Source: Polyangiaceae bacterium (GTDB lineage: Bacteria > Myxococcota_A > Polyangia > Polyangiales > Polyangiaceae). From it: a stretch of 64,000 bases of DNA. The stretch covers positions 2,944,001-3,008,000 of the forward strand of contig CBDCTZ010000016.1 of assembly GCA_965222375.1 (NCBI GenBank). The letters run 5' to 3'. Positions within the stretch are counted from its first letter, which is position 1; each line of letters opens with the position of its first letter. The notes under the pieces are model-generated. The model did not search any database. It saw nothing but the letters and a program-made list of their open reading frames with translations, and was not told the DNA's origin. Below, piece by piece: positions 1-10,260 of this stretch. Both the position numbers and the translations under genes were made by a program.

Positions 1-13
1 CAAAGCGCTCGCC

Positions 14-1261
14 ATGCATGCTTGCGCGCGGCTCGGCGTGGCACTCACCTGGCTCGGCAAGCTCGATGCTGCGGAGGCGGCCTTGGAGCGGGGAGTTCAG
101 CTGCGGGCAGAGGAGCGCGACCCATTTGCGGCCGGACAGGTGGAAATGGCGTACGGCATCTTGCGCTCCTTTCAAGGACGCATGACCGACGCCTTGGAGC
201 ACTACGCGGCGGCCCTGGAGCGACTTCAGGCTAGTGGGGCGAAGCGCGATGAAGGTATGGCCCTCGAAAACCTCGGCAACCGCCATCTGGAGCGCGGTGA
301 CTTGCCCGAGGCGGCCGACTACCTGAACGCCGCCTTGGAGCTCTTCCGCGAGCTGGGGGACCTGCGGCTCGAAGCACACACCTTGGGAGACGTCGCGGTG
401 CTGCACGCCGAGCTGGGCAACTTCGAGCAGTCCGGGAGCGTGCTCGAGCGCGCCGTGTCCCTGGCTCAGCGCGTTGGTGACCGGCATTGGCAAGGGGTCC
501 TAAGAGGCTTTCTTGGAGATCTCGCGCTAGAGCAAGACGACCCCGCTGCGGCATGTGAGCACTATCGCTTTGCAACGGACCAACTGAGTCGTGTGGGTAA
601 TCGGCGCTTTGCTGCGGTATTCAAGGCCGCCCTTGCCGCGGCCGAGGCGCTGGCGGGTCGCACGGCCCGCGGCGGCGAGCTTTCCCAGGCCGCCCGCAGC
701 GAACTGGAAGCAGCCGGAACTCCGGACGATCTCTGCGCCGCCGATCTCTGGTCCATCCTCGTTTCGCTCGCGCGCGACACGCCTTCGGACGCCACGGATG
801 CGTCCAAAGCGGAGCTGCACCGCGCGGCTAGCCTACGCCGTGACGAGATCTTCCAAGCCTACGCCGCTCCCGATGCGCGCCCCCCCAACGAAGTGCGCCT
901 GGCAGATCGCGTCGTTCGCCAGCGGCTCAGTGGCAGCGAGCAGCCCTCGGGATTGCGCATTGCCGAAGACGCCAGCTGGTTCGAGGCAGGCGGCGAGCGG
1001 GTCAACCTCAGCCGGCGCACCAGTTTGCGCCTGATCTTGGCGGAACTCTGCCGCACGCGAGAAACCGCTCCTGCTGAAGTTCGTGATGTCAACCAACTCT
1101 TCGAAGCGGGTTGGCCCGGCCAGCGTGTGAAAGCAGGCTCGGCAGCGCACCGAGTGCATGTCGCCATCGCTAGCCTGCGCAAACTAGGACTCGATAGCGT
1201 CCTCGAGACCCGCGGCGACGGTTACGCTCTCGGTGTCGATCCAACTCGAGCGCCACCCTGA
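14..1261 (+). CDS. TPR-repeat protein with C-terminal winged-helix (OmpR-like) domain; probably the 3' part of a longer gene running off the window edge
   Basis: Repeated TPR-like helices (ALENLGNRHLERGDLPEAADYLNAALEL). C-terminus LFEAGWPG...RVHVAIASLRKLGL...GDGYAL resembles a winged helix. Frame is open to the window start. Confidence 0.7.
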   Translation: MHACARLGVALTWLGKLDAAEAALERGVQLRAEERDPFAAGQVEMAYGILRSFQGRMTDALEHYAAALERLQASGAKRDEGMALENLGNRHLERGDLPEAADYLNAALELFRELGDLRLEAHTLGDVAVLHAELGNFEQSGSVLERAVSLAQRVGDRHWQGVLRGFLGDLALEQDDPAAACEHYRFATDQLSRVGNRRFAAVFKAALAAAEALAGRTARGGELSQAARSELEAAGTPDDLCAADLWSILVSLARDTPSDATDASKAELHRAASLRRDEIFQAYAAPDARPPNEVRLADRVVRQRLSGSEQPSGLRIAEDASWFEAGGERVNLSRRTSLRLILAELCRTRETAPAEVRDVNQLFEAGWPGQRVKAGSAAHRVHVAIASLRKLGLDSVLETRGDGYALGVDPTRAPP

Positions 1262-1443
1262 GCATCGCCACTCGTTTTTGGTAGCGGTATCGACGATGAT
1301 CTGTGGTCCCCTCGTGCCAGCCAATGAAACGCTACCACACTAGTTTTGGGTTTGGGTCGACGCGCTTGTGACGCGCTTCGCGATGCCCGAAGGGGCAACA
1401 CCCGAAGGGGTGAGCCCTGTGTCGGCACCGGGCCACTACTCTA

Positions 1444-1750
1444 GAGCTGGGCCAAGCGCTGCGCCTGAGCGTACTGCCGCGCGAGGTACAAGCGGCGCGC
1501 CTGGGCGTATTGCGGCGCGAGTTGGGCCAAGCGGCGCGCCTGGGCGTATTGCCGCGCGAGTTGGGCCAAGCGGTACGCCTGGGCGTACTGCCGCGCGAGG
1601 TACAAGCGGCGCGCCTGGGCGTATTGCGGCGCGAGTTGGGCCAAGCGGCGCGCCTGGGCGTATTGCCGCGCGAGTTGGGCCACGCGGTACGCCTGGGCGT
1701 ATTGCCGCGCGAGCTGGGCCAAGCGGCACGACCTAGGCGTATTGCCGCGT
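1444..1750. repeat. Tandem array of 8 units of 36-40 bp with a higher-order 114-bp period
   Basis: Units GAGTTGGGCCAAGCGGCGCGCCTGGGCGTATTGCCGCGC (39 bp) and GAGGTACAAGCGGCGCGCCTGGGCGTATTGCGGCGC (36 bp) start at 1444, 1483, 1519, 1558, 1597, 1633, 1672 and 1711. No spacers. Confidence 0.95.
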
Positions 1751-1760
1751 GCGCCGGGAC

Positions 1761-2122
1761 TCAACGCATCATCGGTAGCATCATCGACAGCACGTAAGCG
1801 AACCATGCGAATTGCAGCGCCAGGAGAACGCTACGAGGATCCCGCAGACCTTGCCGGCGATCGTCATGCTGTACCCTTCCGGGTCCATGTTTCCGTAACG
1901 AATCTTGGGCAGATCTTGGTTGGCCAGGTACCAAGCGGCCGGCCCGGTGAGCGCGCACATACCGATGCTGACGATTCCCAAGATCAAGATCAGCAGACCC
2001 CGATGCGGCGCCTTGGGTTCCTCGACCTGATAGGCCGCCGGGGCAAAGCGGATCGGTGCAGATCCCGCGCGAGGTGCGAAGGCAGAATCGAAAGCGGTAG
2101 GCGGAACATTGGCTTGGGTCAT
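1761..2122 (-). CDS. DUF4190-like small membrane protein with an apparent 1-nt frameshift near 1834
   Basis: MTQANVPP...HRGLLILILGIVSIGMCALTGPAAWYLANQDL...AGKVCGIL. The second TM helix (SVLLALQFAWFAYVLSMMLPMMR) continues in another frame; adding one base gives CGILGSVLL. Confidence 0.65.
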
Positions 2123-2432
2123 GGTATTTCTTTCGTTGATGTTGCCCGCCTCTTTGCGAGCGCTGTGCCAAGTGGTTTGAGATCCTCTTGACTTGTTCGA
2201 ACAGGTCCTGTTCACCCACGGCAACGGAGCCGCCCTTATCGACCTTTGCTTTGATCGACCCGCTGACGGCCAAGTACAGATCCGTCGCGGCGCAGCCGAA
2301 GGGGCTCTGGCGCGGAGCTGTCTGCTCATTGGCGAGGGTCGGTACGTGCTCCGCCGGCAGTGGAGCCTCGGCTCTCATCGATGCGTCTTCTGCGTGAGCG
2401 CGCGCATCGATGAGGCCGTTCAGGCGCAGCAG

Positions 2433-4364
2433 CTATTCGCCGCCAAGGGTGCCAGGCACCCGAACCGATTCTGGCGACCCACCCGGGGCACTCGCCGCAG
2501 CAGTGGTGGCTGGGTGCACGGGCGGTAGTTCGAGATCCGCGTCGTCGACGATCAACGCCTGACCGTCTTCAGGGGGAGCGGGCTCGGCGGCCATCTTTCC
2601 CGCGGAAGGGTGGGCCGGCTGTGCATCCGGCGTACCCGCGGCAAGGCGGTTTGCCAGGCCTTCGGCCACACCTTGTACCCCGCCGACGAGGCCTCGTGCC
2701 AGATCCAGGGTTTGGTCATCGGCGGAATCGAGAAAGCCCCCGATGGTGGTGGCTAGGCGCTGTCCGGAGACCATCGACGACATCACTTTCGTCACGTCTT
2801 CGGGGGTGCCGTAGAGGTTGGCGCTCATCTTGGTGAACAGGCTGGCTTGCGCGTTCGCGAGCGCGACTCGAACTTCCTTTTCTGCCTCAACTCGGAGTTT
2901 GCTGATCTCGAAGTCTTGCGCCACTCGTCCGTGCTTCTCACGGGCTTCCAATTCGGCTTTGACGACGTTCGCGATCCGATCTTTCTCGAGTTCCAGCTCT
3001 GCCCTGGCCACCTGGACGGGAACCATGGCTTGGGCCTGAGCGCCGGCTGCGCGCAGCCGCTCGGCGTCGGCCTCGGCGTCCGCTTGCTTGCGCAGCGCTT
3101 CAGCCTGGGCGTTGGCCGCTAGCTTCTGCGCGTCCGCCTGGGTCTGGTGGGCGTAGGCGTCCGCATCTGCCTGGCGCTGCTGGGCGACGTAGATCTGCTC
3201 GGCGGCAGCCTGCGCCTCGATCACCTGGCGCCTTTTTTCGCGCTCGGCGGCCTCGGTCACTTGAACCGTCTCGACTGATTGGCGGGATCGCTCGCGCTCT
3301 GCTTCGGCATCGGCCAACTCGCGCTCCGCCGCCGCTCGCTGCCGCTCGGCCCGGGCAATCATTTCCTGCTTCTCGTGCTCCGCGACTTCCACGGCCTGTT
3401 GTTGCAGCCGACGGGCGACCTCGAGGGCTTTGCCCTTTTCGACCTCCGCGAGCTCCACCTCGCGCTCGGCGACAATTCGCTTCTCTTCGGCCTGGCGTTG
3501 GGCGTCGGCCTCCATCTTCTTGATTTCGGCGTATTGCTGGGCTCGAGCGCCGCGCTCCTGGCGGTCGAGATCGAGGATCCCCTGCTCGGTCTGAACATCC
3601 TGCTGTTTGCGGGCGTGCTCACCATCCCGCACCAGCCGGTTGCGCTCGGTGAGGTTCAGCTGAGTGATTTCCGCGATTTTGCGGCGCCCTTGTGCGTCGA
3701 AAATGTTCTCGGCCTTCAGGAACTGCTCGTCAGTTTGGTCCAGCTTGGAGATGGTCACCGTCTCTAGGATCAGACCGTTGGAGTTCAGGTCTTCGGCAAC
3801 CAGCTTGATGACCTCGGTGAGAAACTCGTCCCGCTCGGAGTTGAGCTGCTCGAGGGTCTTGCCCGCAGCAGCAGTGCGCAGCGCCGATACGAGCTTGTCT
3901 TCGACCAAGGCCTTGACGGCTGGGGGCGAGGTCTCGCCCAGGGAGCGCGCTGCTTGCAGGATGCTGTCCCGGTCGGGCTGAACGCGCACATAGAACTCGG
4001 CTCGGATGTCGGCGCGCAACTTGTCTTTGGTGATCAGCGCATCCTCGTTGGCGCGGGTCACCTCGAGCTTCAGGGTGCGCAGGGAAACTCGAACCAGGTC
4101 GTGGATCACCGGAATGATCACGGCCCCGCCATCGCGGATGACCTTGATACCGCCCGCGCCGCTCTTCACAAAAGCTTCGGACGCCTTGGTTCGCTGGTAG
4201 AGCTTCGTGATCACCAACAGTGCGCCGCTGACGATGAAGGTCAAGATGCCGCTGACCGTCAACAAGATGCTGGTCATCGGGTCGAGGCTGTGGCCAAGGC
4301 TCGAAAGCGCGATGGGGGTTGCCACCATCGCAGCGGCTAGTAAACAGAGTAGAACGACAACCAT
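2433..4364 (-). CDS. Flotillin/SPFH-domain membrane protein (YqiK-like)
   Basis: N-terminal TM helices, SPFH segment (ALITKDKLRADIRAEFYVRV; NGLILETVTISKLDQT; NIFDAQG), then a long Ala/Glu-rich coiled coil. Confidence 0.9.
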   Translation of the reverse strand: MVVVLLCLLAAAMVATPIALSSLGHSLDPMTSILLTVSGILTFIVSGALLVITKLYQRTKASEAFVKSGAGGIKVIRDGGAVIIPVIHDLVRVSLRTLKLEVTRANEDALITKDKLRADIRAEFYVRVQPDRDSILQAARSLGETSPPAVKALVEDKLVSALRTAAAGKTLEQLNSERDEFLTEVIKLVAEDLNSNGLILETVTISKLDQTDEQFLKAENIFDAQGRRKIAEITQLNLTERNRLVRDGEHARKQQDVQTEQGILDLDRQERGARAQQYAEIKKMEADAQRQAEEKRIVAEREVELAEVEKGKALEVARRLQQQAVEVAEHEKQEMIARAERQRAAAERELADAEAERERSRQSVETVQVTEAAEREKRRQVIEAQAAAEQIYVAQQRQADADAYAHQTQADAQKLAANAQAEALRKQADAEADAERLRAAGAQAQAMVPVQVARAELELEKDRIANVVKAELEAREKHGRVAQDFEISKLRVEAEKEVRVALANAQASLFTKMSANLYGTPEDVTKVMSSMVSGQRLATTIGGFLDSADDQTLDLARGLVGGVQGVAEGLANRLAAGTPDAQPAHPSAGKMAAEPAPPEDGQALIVDDADLELPPVHPATTAAASAPGGSPESVRVPGTLGGE

Positions 4365-4406
4365 TGGATTCTCCTTTTTGGGTCAATTGCCGCGGTCTTC
4401 GCGGAT

Positions 4407-5021
4407 TCAGATGGGGCTCTTGGCGACGGTGAATTCGTGCTGGTCACTGTCGTACTCGGTGACCAGCACGGGGCTGCCCGCTTCGATTGCGCCGTCGTAG
4501 GTCCTGCAACGGATGCGCATCTGGGTGCCGTCTTCATCCGTGACGTGCGCGATGCCGAAGTCACGGCTGATATCGAGGGTGGCGACGCCGGTCTTTCCGA
4601 CCAGTGCGTCCATCGGAGATGCGTAGGTCTCAGTGCTCGGCAACAAGCGGGCGAGCCAATGTGCAGCGGCTCCCGTGAGTACTGGCGTTGCAAGCAGGGC
4701 AATCCCCAGTGCAACCCCGGCTGCAGCGTTCGGGCCGAGGGCTGCAGCGAACAGGGCTTTGACGACCAACCCAACACCTCCGAAGGTAAAGGCTGCCGTC
4801 ATCAGCAGAATCGAAAGCGGCACTCGGCCTACGCCGAGCAGGGAAAGCGCTGCGGCGAACCAAGACGTTTCGGTCTCGCCATCTGCATCGGCGTCGGCGT
4901 CCGCATCCACGTCGAGGTCACCACCGAAGTCGGCTAGCCCAGCTGCCGACCCGAAGAGCAACGCGAGTCCGATGCCGAGAGGCAGAATGAAGACGAGGGT
5001 ATGCCAGGTGAGAAATGCCAC
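4407..5021 (-). CDS. YqiJ/NfeD-like membrane protein with C-terminal OB fold
   Basis: GTG at 5021 after AAAGGAG. TM helix, acidic DVDADADAD linker, LGVGRVPLSILL, and a C-terminal LVGKTG...G-x-x-VLVTEYD segment. Immediately upstream of the flotillin gene. Confidence 0.85.
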   Translation of the reverse strand: MAFLTWHTLVFILPLGIGLALLFGSAAGLADFGGDLDVDADADADADGETETSWFAAALSLLGVGRVPLSILLMTAAFTFGGVGLVVKALFAAALGPNAAAGVALGIALLATPVLTGAAAHWLARLLPSTETYASPMDALVGKTGVATLDISRDFGIAHVTDEDGTQMRIRCRTYDGAIEAGSPVLVTEYDSDQHEFTVAKSPI

Positions 5022-5045
5022 TACGAACTCCTTTGGCGGGAGGCA

Positions 5046-5063
5046 TTGCGATTGCCGTGCCGA
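5046..5063 (-). promoter_or_regulatory. Sigma54 (-24/-12) promoter for the NfeD-flotillin operon
   Basis: Minus strand TCGGCACGGCAATCGCAA gives GG-N10-GC, close to TGGCACG-N4-TTGC, about 25 nt upstream of the GTG start, with a divergent sigma54 activator next to it. Confidence 0.7.
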
Positions 5064-5173
5064 AGGCCAAAGCGCGGCGCGGTCGGAGTTTTGCTGGCCG
5101 GAGCCGCTGGATGCTGCGCTGTGTAGATGCGAAACGCATATGCATAACGCAGCAATGATGCTAAATGTGTCAT

Positions 5174-6472
5174 ATGCGCCTACAGCGGACCCTAGAGTTG
5201 GCGGTTCGGAATCCCTTCGAACAGCCACCTGGGGTCTGGGCCGAGGTGTGTGGTCGGCTACTCGAAGCACGGCCCGCCGCACTGATCAGCAAGGAACTGT
5301 CGCGCAGTGACGTTGGACGGGCGAAACAGGTGATCCTCGCCGTGGCGCACGCCCAAGCGTGTGCCAACCCCGACGCGCCCAAGAAAGTCCTGGCGGACAG
5401 CCAGGTTTCAGCCCGGTTGTTCAAGAAGCTGTCGTCCTGTCGTGGAGATTTTCTCCGAATTGCGATGGCTGCGGGGCGCTGCTTCCGCGCGTTGCGGTCC
5501 CTGGCTGGTGGGTCCCGGGCCATGCAGCAAGTCCGGCGCGAAACTTGGGCTGCTTGCTTTGGACGGTCGCTGCACCACGCGCTCGTGCTGGAGAACGTCG
5601 TCCGAGACCACGACGTACTGATTCTCGGCGGAACTGGAACCGGCAAGGAGTCGATCGCCTACGCCATACAGGAAGGGACCCCTGGGCCCCCAGATGGTCG
5701 CCCGGCACCGCGTGCCGCGCTCAACGCGGCAGCGGTGCCCGAAACCCTGGTTGAAAGCGAACTATTCGGGCATGTAAAAGGCGCGTTCACCGGAGCCGCA
5801 GCGGCTCGTACTGGCCGCATTCGCTCGGCGGCGGGTGGATGCTTCTTTCTAGACGAGATTGGTGATCTGACGACCACTGCACAGGTGAAACTGTTGCGGG
5901 TCATGGAAACGGATCGCGTCAGCCCCCTGGGCTCGGATACAGCGCATCCGGTTGCGGTTCGATACGTCGCTGCGACCCATCAGGACCTGGCGTCCATGGT
6001 TGCCGCGGGGCGATTTCGAAATGACTTGTTTCAGCGCCTAGCCGGCAACGTCATACGGCTACCGCCGCTCAGCGAGCGGCCCGGCGACATCGAGGAGATC
6101 GGACGGGCGTTCGTCGACCGCTACGCCCAGGGGGAAGCCAAGGAGATGGACTTCAGCGGCGTCGAGCGCTGGTTGAAGAGTCCGGAGGCGCGCCGCTACC
6201 ACTGGCCCGGCAACGTCCGAGAGTTGCAGAACGCGCTACGCAACCTGCTGCTGGGATTGCCGGCTGGCATCAAAGCGGGTCGCGAGACCAGCACCGCAGG
6301 TGCAGCGGAGTTGCCCGTATCGGTGCGCGAGCGGACTGCCGCGCTGGCCCGCGTCGAAGATTGGTACATCAGGCGCGTCATCGAAGACACGGGTGGCAAC
6401 TTGACCCGCGCCGCCGAGCGACTCGGAATCAACCGCACGACGCTGACCCGCAGGGGCTACGACGCCGGCTGA
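5174..6472 (+). CDS. Sigma54-dependent enhancer-binding protein (AAA+ and Fis HTH, no receiver domain)
   Basis: GGTGTGKE Walker A, ESELFGHVKGAFTGA, FLDEIGD, WPGNVRELQN, and C-terminal GNLTRAAERLGINRTTL. Confidence 0.95.
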   Translation: MRLQRTLELAVRNPFEQPPGVWAEVCGRLLEARPAALISKELSRSDVGRAKQVILAVAHAQACANPDAPKKVLADSQVSARLFKKLSSCRGDFLRIAMAAGRCFRALRSLAGGSRAMQQVRRETWAACFGRSLHHALVLENVVRDHDVLILGGTGTGKESIAYAIQEGTPGPPDGRPAPRAALNAAAVPETLVESELFGHVKGAFTGAAAARTGRIRSAAGGCFFLDEIGDLTTTAQVKLLRVMETDRVSPLGSDTAHPVAVRYVAATHQDLASMVAAGRFRNDLFQRLAGNVIRLPPLSERPGDIEEIGRAFVDRYAQGEAKEMDFSGVERWLKSPEARRYHWPGNVRELQNALRNLLLGLPAGIKAGRETSTAGAAELPVSVRERTAALARVEDWYIRRVIEDTGGNLTRAAERLGINRTTLTRRGYDAG

Positions 6473-6572
6473 ACGTAGGGGTGACAAGCTCAGCTGTCGG
6501 CTCCTGAAACAAGCCTCTCTGCTTGGCGTTTCGACGGAAGTTCGCGTTATCGATGCTGGGGTCGCACCCCGT

Positions 6573-8027
6573 ATGCAGCGCCCGGACACAAAGCGCGGTA
6601 GGCTTAGCGCCGTTATGCGTCCTGTGGCCCTCTTCTGGCTCAGCGTGACGGCTGTCAGCGTTGCCTGCGGTGGGCGCTCACAACTCGAAGGCATGCCGGG
6701 AAGCGCGGGCGGCGGAGTTGCGCCGGGAGGGGTTGGCGGTCAGGACTCGCCAATCGGCGGGTCGCCTAGCGGCGCGGGCGGCCTGCCCTCGAGTGGCGGA
6801 GCTGGTGCGGGTAGCGGCGGTCAGGCGGGCAGCGGGGGGAGCGCAGGTCAGCTCGGCAGCTGCGCCACCTTCACTCCGCGGACCGCCCGCCGCGTAGTGC
6901 CGTACTGGAACACGGACTCGGAGTTCGAACCCCGTCTGGTCTTGGCTGGCAATGACGAGAGCGCTGTCGCGCTCGCGTTCCGAGCACACAAGAGCAAGCT
7001 CTTCGCCACGCCGCCCATCGAAGGTTGGGGCTGGCTGGCCAACCTGACGTTTAGCCCCTGGGCAACCTGGTCGTCTGCAGATCTGGAGACCGCGGAAATC
7101 GGAGCTTCGGCTGTGAGCTGGTCTGATTTTGCCCAGGGAAGCTCACCAGCAGCCGCCCACGCACTGCTGTATCGCGCCGCCGGTCTCAGCGAACCCAGCG
7201 AACGGATGTACTTCGCTCCCGATCTGGTGCCTGGAGGAAAGGCAACCAACACGTTGTTGAATGCCCCGGGCAAACGCGCGCTGTTCGTCGCCGGCGGCGG
7301 AGGGCACCACCTGCTCGGATTCGAACGGCTTATTGCTGAGGGACATCACGCGCTGACATTCGGGCGATTCGCCCAGGGAGCGTTTTCGGCGGAAGGAGCT
7401 TCCGGCTGTGCGACGGCACCACTGGCTGCTGACGCGCTCTGGTCGCCAAACGGCTACCTGCTCGCCCTGTCCACGAGCCGTCCATTTGGGACCTGCGCTG
7501 ACGCGGGCGCGGACGGCCCGCCCACGCGACTCGAGATCGCGCGGCTTGCTGAGGGATCGGTCCAGCCACAACTGCGCGAGGGGTTCGACGTTGGCGCACC
7601 GGTGGCGCAAGTCCGCCTGGTGCGCCGTCCGCAGGGAGCATGGCTCTTGTGGCGAGTCTCCGGTTCAGCACAGGCAGGAGCGGTGAGCGCGCTGCGTCTG
7701 GGCCCGACCGGCAAGGCGATTGGTGCCCCGATGGAAGTAGTACCATCGGGAAGCGCAACGAAGGGCTTCACTACAGCGAGCTTGGGTGAACGTCTGGTCG
7801 TCTTGTGGTCCGATGGCGTGGAGCCACCTCTTGCCAGGGTTTCTCTGCGGGCGTTCGACGAAAGCGGGGTGGTCTCGTCGGCGTCGTGGGTGCCGGTTCC
7901 GCCGCTGCGCCAGATTGGTCTACCTGCTCTTGTCGGCTCGCCAGACGGCGCTGCCCTTGTCATGGCGTGGACCGGCGATGACGGTAGCACTGGGGTGTTC
8001 GTGAGCCGGCTGGATTGTATGCCCTAG
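6573..8027 (+). CDS. Putative secreted lipoprotein with Gly/Ser-rich linker and beta-rich body
   Basis: Hydrophobic signal ending VSVAC-GG, Gly-rich spacer, long ORF with typical high-GC coding pattern. Confidence 0.65.
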   Translation: MQRPDTKRGRLSAVMRPVALFWLSVTAVSVACGGRSQLEGMPGSAGGGVAPGGVGGQDSPIGGSPSGAGGLPSSGGAGAGSGGQAGSGGSAGQLGSCATFTPRTARRVVPYWNTDSEFEPRLVLAGNDESAVALAFRAHKSKLFATPPIEGWGWLANLTFSPWATWSSADLETAEIGASAVSWSDFAQGSSPAAAHALLYRAAGLSEPSERMYFAPDLVPGGKATNTLLNAPGKRALFVAGGGGHHLLGFERLIAEGHHALTFGRFAQGAFSAEGASGCATAPLAADALWSPNGYLLALSTSRPFGTCADAGADGPPTRLEIARLAEGSVQPQLREGFDVGAPVAQVRLVRRPQGAWLLWRVSGSAQAGAVSALRLGPTGKAIGAPMEVVPSGSATKGFTTASLGERLVVLWSDGVEPPLARVSLRAFDESGVVSSASWVPVPPLRQIGLPALVGSPDGAALVMAWTGDDGSTGVFVSRLDCMP

Positions 8028-8302
8028 GGCTCGAGTGGCCGCTTTGGCCATCCCGCCTTGTAGCTCACCGACTCTACGCGGGCCGTCTCGCGCTCGGTGG
8101 GGGGATTCTGCTCGGCCTTACGGTTACGATGCTGCTTCGGGGCTCGACGTCAGACCCGAGCAAAGGGCGTTGCCGTCGCTGAGTGTCGAGGGCGACAGGG
8201 ACGCGCATGGGGCTAGGAGCTTGGGCGGCCTAACGTGGGAGTAGTGGCCTAGCGCCGCCACAAGTCCGCGACCCCAAACTAAACAAGAAGAAATGGGAGT
8301 CG

Positions 8303-9817
8303 CTAGTCCAGCAGAGGGAGGTCGGCGAGGCGGCGGGAGGTGATATCGCTCAGGGCCATGATGGTTGCTTGGGGATTGACCGCGCTGGGGCTGGGGAAGA
8401 CGCTGGCGTCGCAGATGTAGAGGGATTCGACGCCGCGCACTTTGCCATCGGGCTCGACGGGGCCCGAATCGTCTCGGGTCATGCGGCAGGACCCGAAGGT
8501 GTGATTGAGCGTCATCGTCAGGTGCTTGGCTTTGAGCCTTGGGCCCAACAGGCTGGCGGTGTCTTGCTCGTTGCGCATCTCGTCGACCACTCCGGGCAAG
8601 CCCGTGTGCACGTAGCGGGCGCCGACTTGCAGTAGGGCGTCGGCGGCGGCCTTCATGCCTCGAGCGATCGGGTCGACGTTGGAGTCATCGATCCACAGCC
8701 GCATGCTGGGGGAGCCGTTGCGCTTGGCTTTGACTCGACCGTGCACCTTGCCGCGGTAAACCAGGGCAATCACGGTCGCATGTTTGACCTCGTGCAGGCG
8801 CTCCACGAAGTGAAGGCCAACGTCACCCCAGCGCACCATCAGCACACTTGGGGATGCCCACAGCCCTTCGTATTTCAACCCTTTGATATCCTTGCTGATG
8901 GCACCCCAGCCCTGGGTGGCGCCGACCCACGGGTCGACGACCTCGTCCATGATGCCGACCATGCCGCCGCCGATGTGGCAGAACATGGTCGCACCGACTT
9001 TGCCGCCGGGGTTGATGCCGCTGCGCTGCAAGAGCACGGGCGTTTGCATGGTGCCTGCTGCGAGGATCACCGTTTTCGCGCGGACCTTGAAGCGCGCCAG
9101 CTTGCGGTAGCCGCGGGGGTCGATGATGTCGCCTTCGACGCCGATGGCGCGGGCGCCCTGGGTGAGCACGCGGTCCACTTCGGCGCAGGTGTAGATCTCG
9201 GTGCCGTGTTGCTCTGCCGCCGGCAGGTAGGATCGGTCCACGGACTGCTTGTGACCGCCGACGCAGCCTGTCAGGCAGTCCGAGCACCCCTCGCAACCCT
9301 GCACGGCGCGGGGGAGGGGATAGCCGGGGATGCCGAGCTTGCCCTCGATGGCGTCGCGGACGATCAAGTTCCGGCGCCCGAGCACCGACATGGGCGTTGG
9401 CGCCACCTTGCAGCGGGAAAATACGCGGTCGTAAGCAGCTTCGAGCTCTGGGGTCTCGAACAGTTCGATACCGGTCTCCGAGCTCCATTCTTGGCGCACC
9501 CAATCCGGCAACTTGAGCATGATGGCGGAGTTGACGACGGTGCCGCCACCGAGGCAGCGCGCTTGTAACGAGGGGCTCTGCGTGGTGCCACCGATGAGCC
9601 GCAAGCCTCCGTCCCAGAAGTTTCGCGCCAGAAACATGGGTGCGTTTCGCGTCATGTCTTCGTAGCGAACTCGGGGGCCCGCTTCGATCACCACGACCTT
9701 TTGGCCTGCCCTGGCGAGGTTCAGCGCGGCCACGGCGCCACCCGCGCCCGAACCGACTACGACGCTATCGCAGTCGACATCGAAGCCTTGGCGCAGATCG
9801 TCGAGTCCGTGGATCAC
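8303..9817 (-). CDS. GMC-family FAD oxidoreductase
   Basis: VVVGSGAGG FAD motif, LGGGTVVNS, HTFGSCRM, DASVFPS...NPQATIMAL. GTG start overlaps the upstream stop (GTGA). Confidence 0.92.
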   Translation of the reverse strand: MIHGLDDLRQGFDVDCDSVVVGSGAGGAVAALNLARAGQKVVVIEAGPRVRYEDMTRNAPMFLARNFWDGGLRLIGGTTQSPSLQARCLGGGTVVNSAIMLKLPDWVRQEWSSETGIELFETPELEAAYDRVFSRCKVAPTPMSVLGRRNLIVRDAIEGKLGIPGYPLPRAVQGCEGCSDCLTGCVGGHKQSVDRSYLPAAEQHGTEIYTCAEVDRVLTQGARAIGVEGDIIDPRGYRKLARFKVRAKTVILAAGTMQTPVLLQRSGINPGGKVGATMFCHIGGGMVGIMDEVVDPWVGATQGWGAISKDIKGLKYEGLWASPSVLMVRWGDVGLHFVERLHEVKHATVIALVYRGKVHGRVKAKRNGSPSMRLWIDDSNVDPIARGMKAAADALLQVGARYVHTGLPGVVDEMRNEQDTASLLGPRLKAKHLTMTLNHTFGSCRMTRDDSGPVEPDGKVRGVESLYICDASVFPSPSAVNPQATIMALSDITSRRLADLPLLD

Positions 9818-10260
9818 GCCGTGTCCCTCATTTTGGTGAGCGCATCGTCGCGGACATCGATCTTCACGGGATCGCTCGACCAATCGCAGACGCGGTACTC
9901 ACCGATGTGAGCAATCACGGAGGGGTGCGACATGTAGATCATCGTAGTGGTCGCCTTGACCGAATCACCCAGCACCCGGAACGGAAAGAAGGAGGAGCGC
10001 CGCCAGCCGCGAATCGATGCCGTGCGTCGCGCTGCGCTGAGCTTCGAAAAGCGGCTGAAGCACAGCAGCAGCAGCGGCGCCGCGTATTCGATGAACAAGA
10101 ACATTGCGAGCAACAACCGACGCTGGGGAGGCGGAAGCTCCTCCAGGTAGTCCACGGTCCGTTCGACCATCTTCGTGCTCCGCCAATCGGGTGCATCGAT
10201 GTCGTTTTCCGGAAAAGTCGCTTCCGACAGCGCGGCGATGCTCGGCAGCGCTCGATTCAT
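9814..10260 (-). CDS. Small partner protein of the GMC oxidoreductase (gluconate 2-dehydrogenase subunit 3-like)
   Basis: RFSKLSAARR...WRRS...YMSHPSV...IG pattern typical of small genes preceding GMC enzymes; translationally coupled. Confidence 0.65.
   Translation of the reverse strand: MNRALPSIAALSEATFPENDIDAPDWRSTKMVERTVDYLEELPPPQRRLLLAMFLFIEYAAPLLLLCFSRFSKLSAARRTASIRGWRRSSFFPFRVLGDSVKATTTMIYMSHPSVIAHIGEYRVCDWSSDPVKIDVRDDALTKMRDTA

Noticed and set aside
1444..1750. CRISPR array
   Set aside because: Units abut with no unique spacers and there are no cas genes in the window.
1368..1806. Repeat-derived ORFs in several frames
   Set aside because: Open frames are explained by the 36/39-bp periodicity and high GC; no RBS or recognisable domain.
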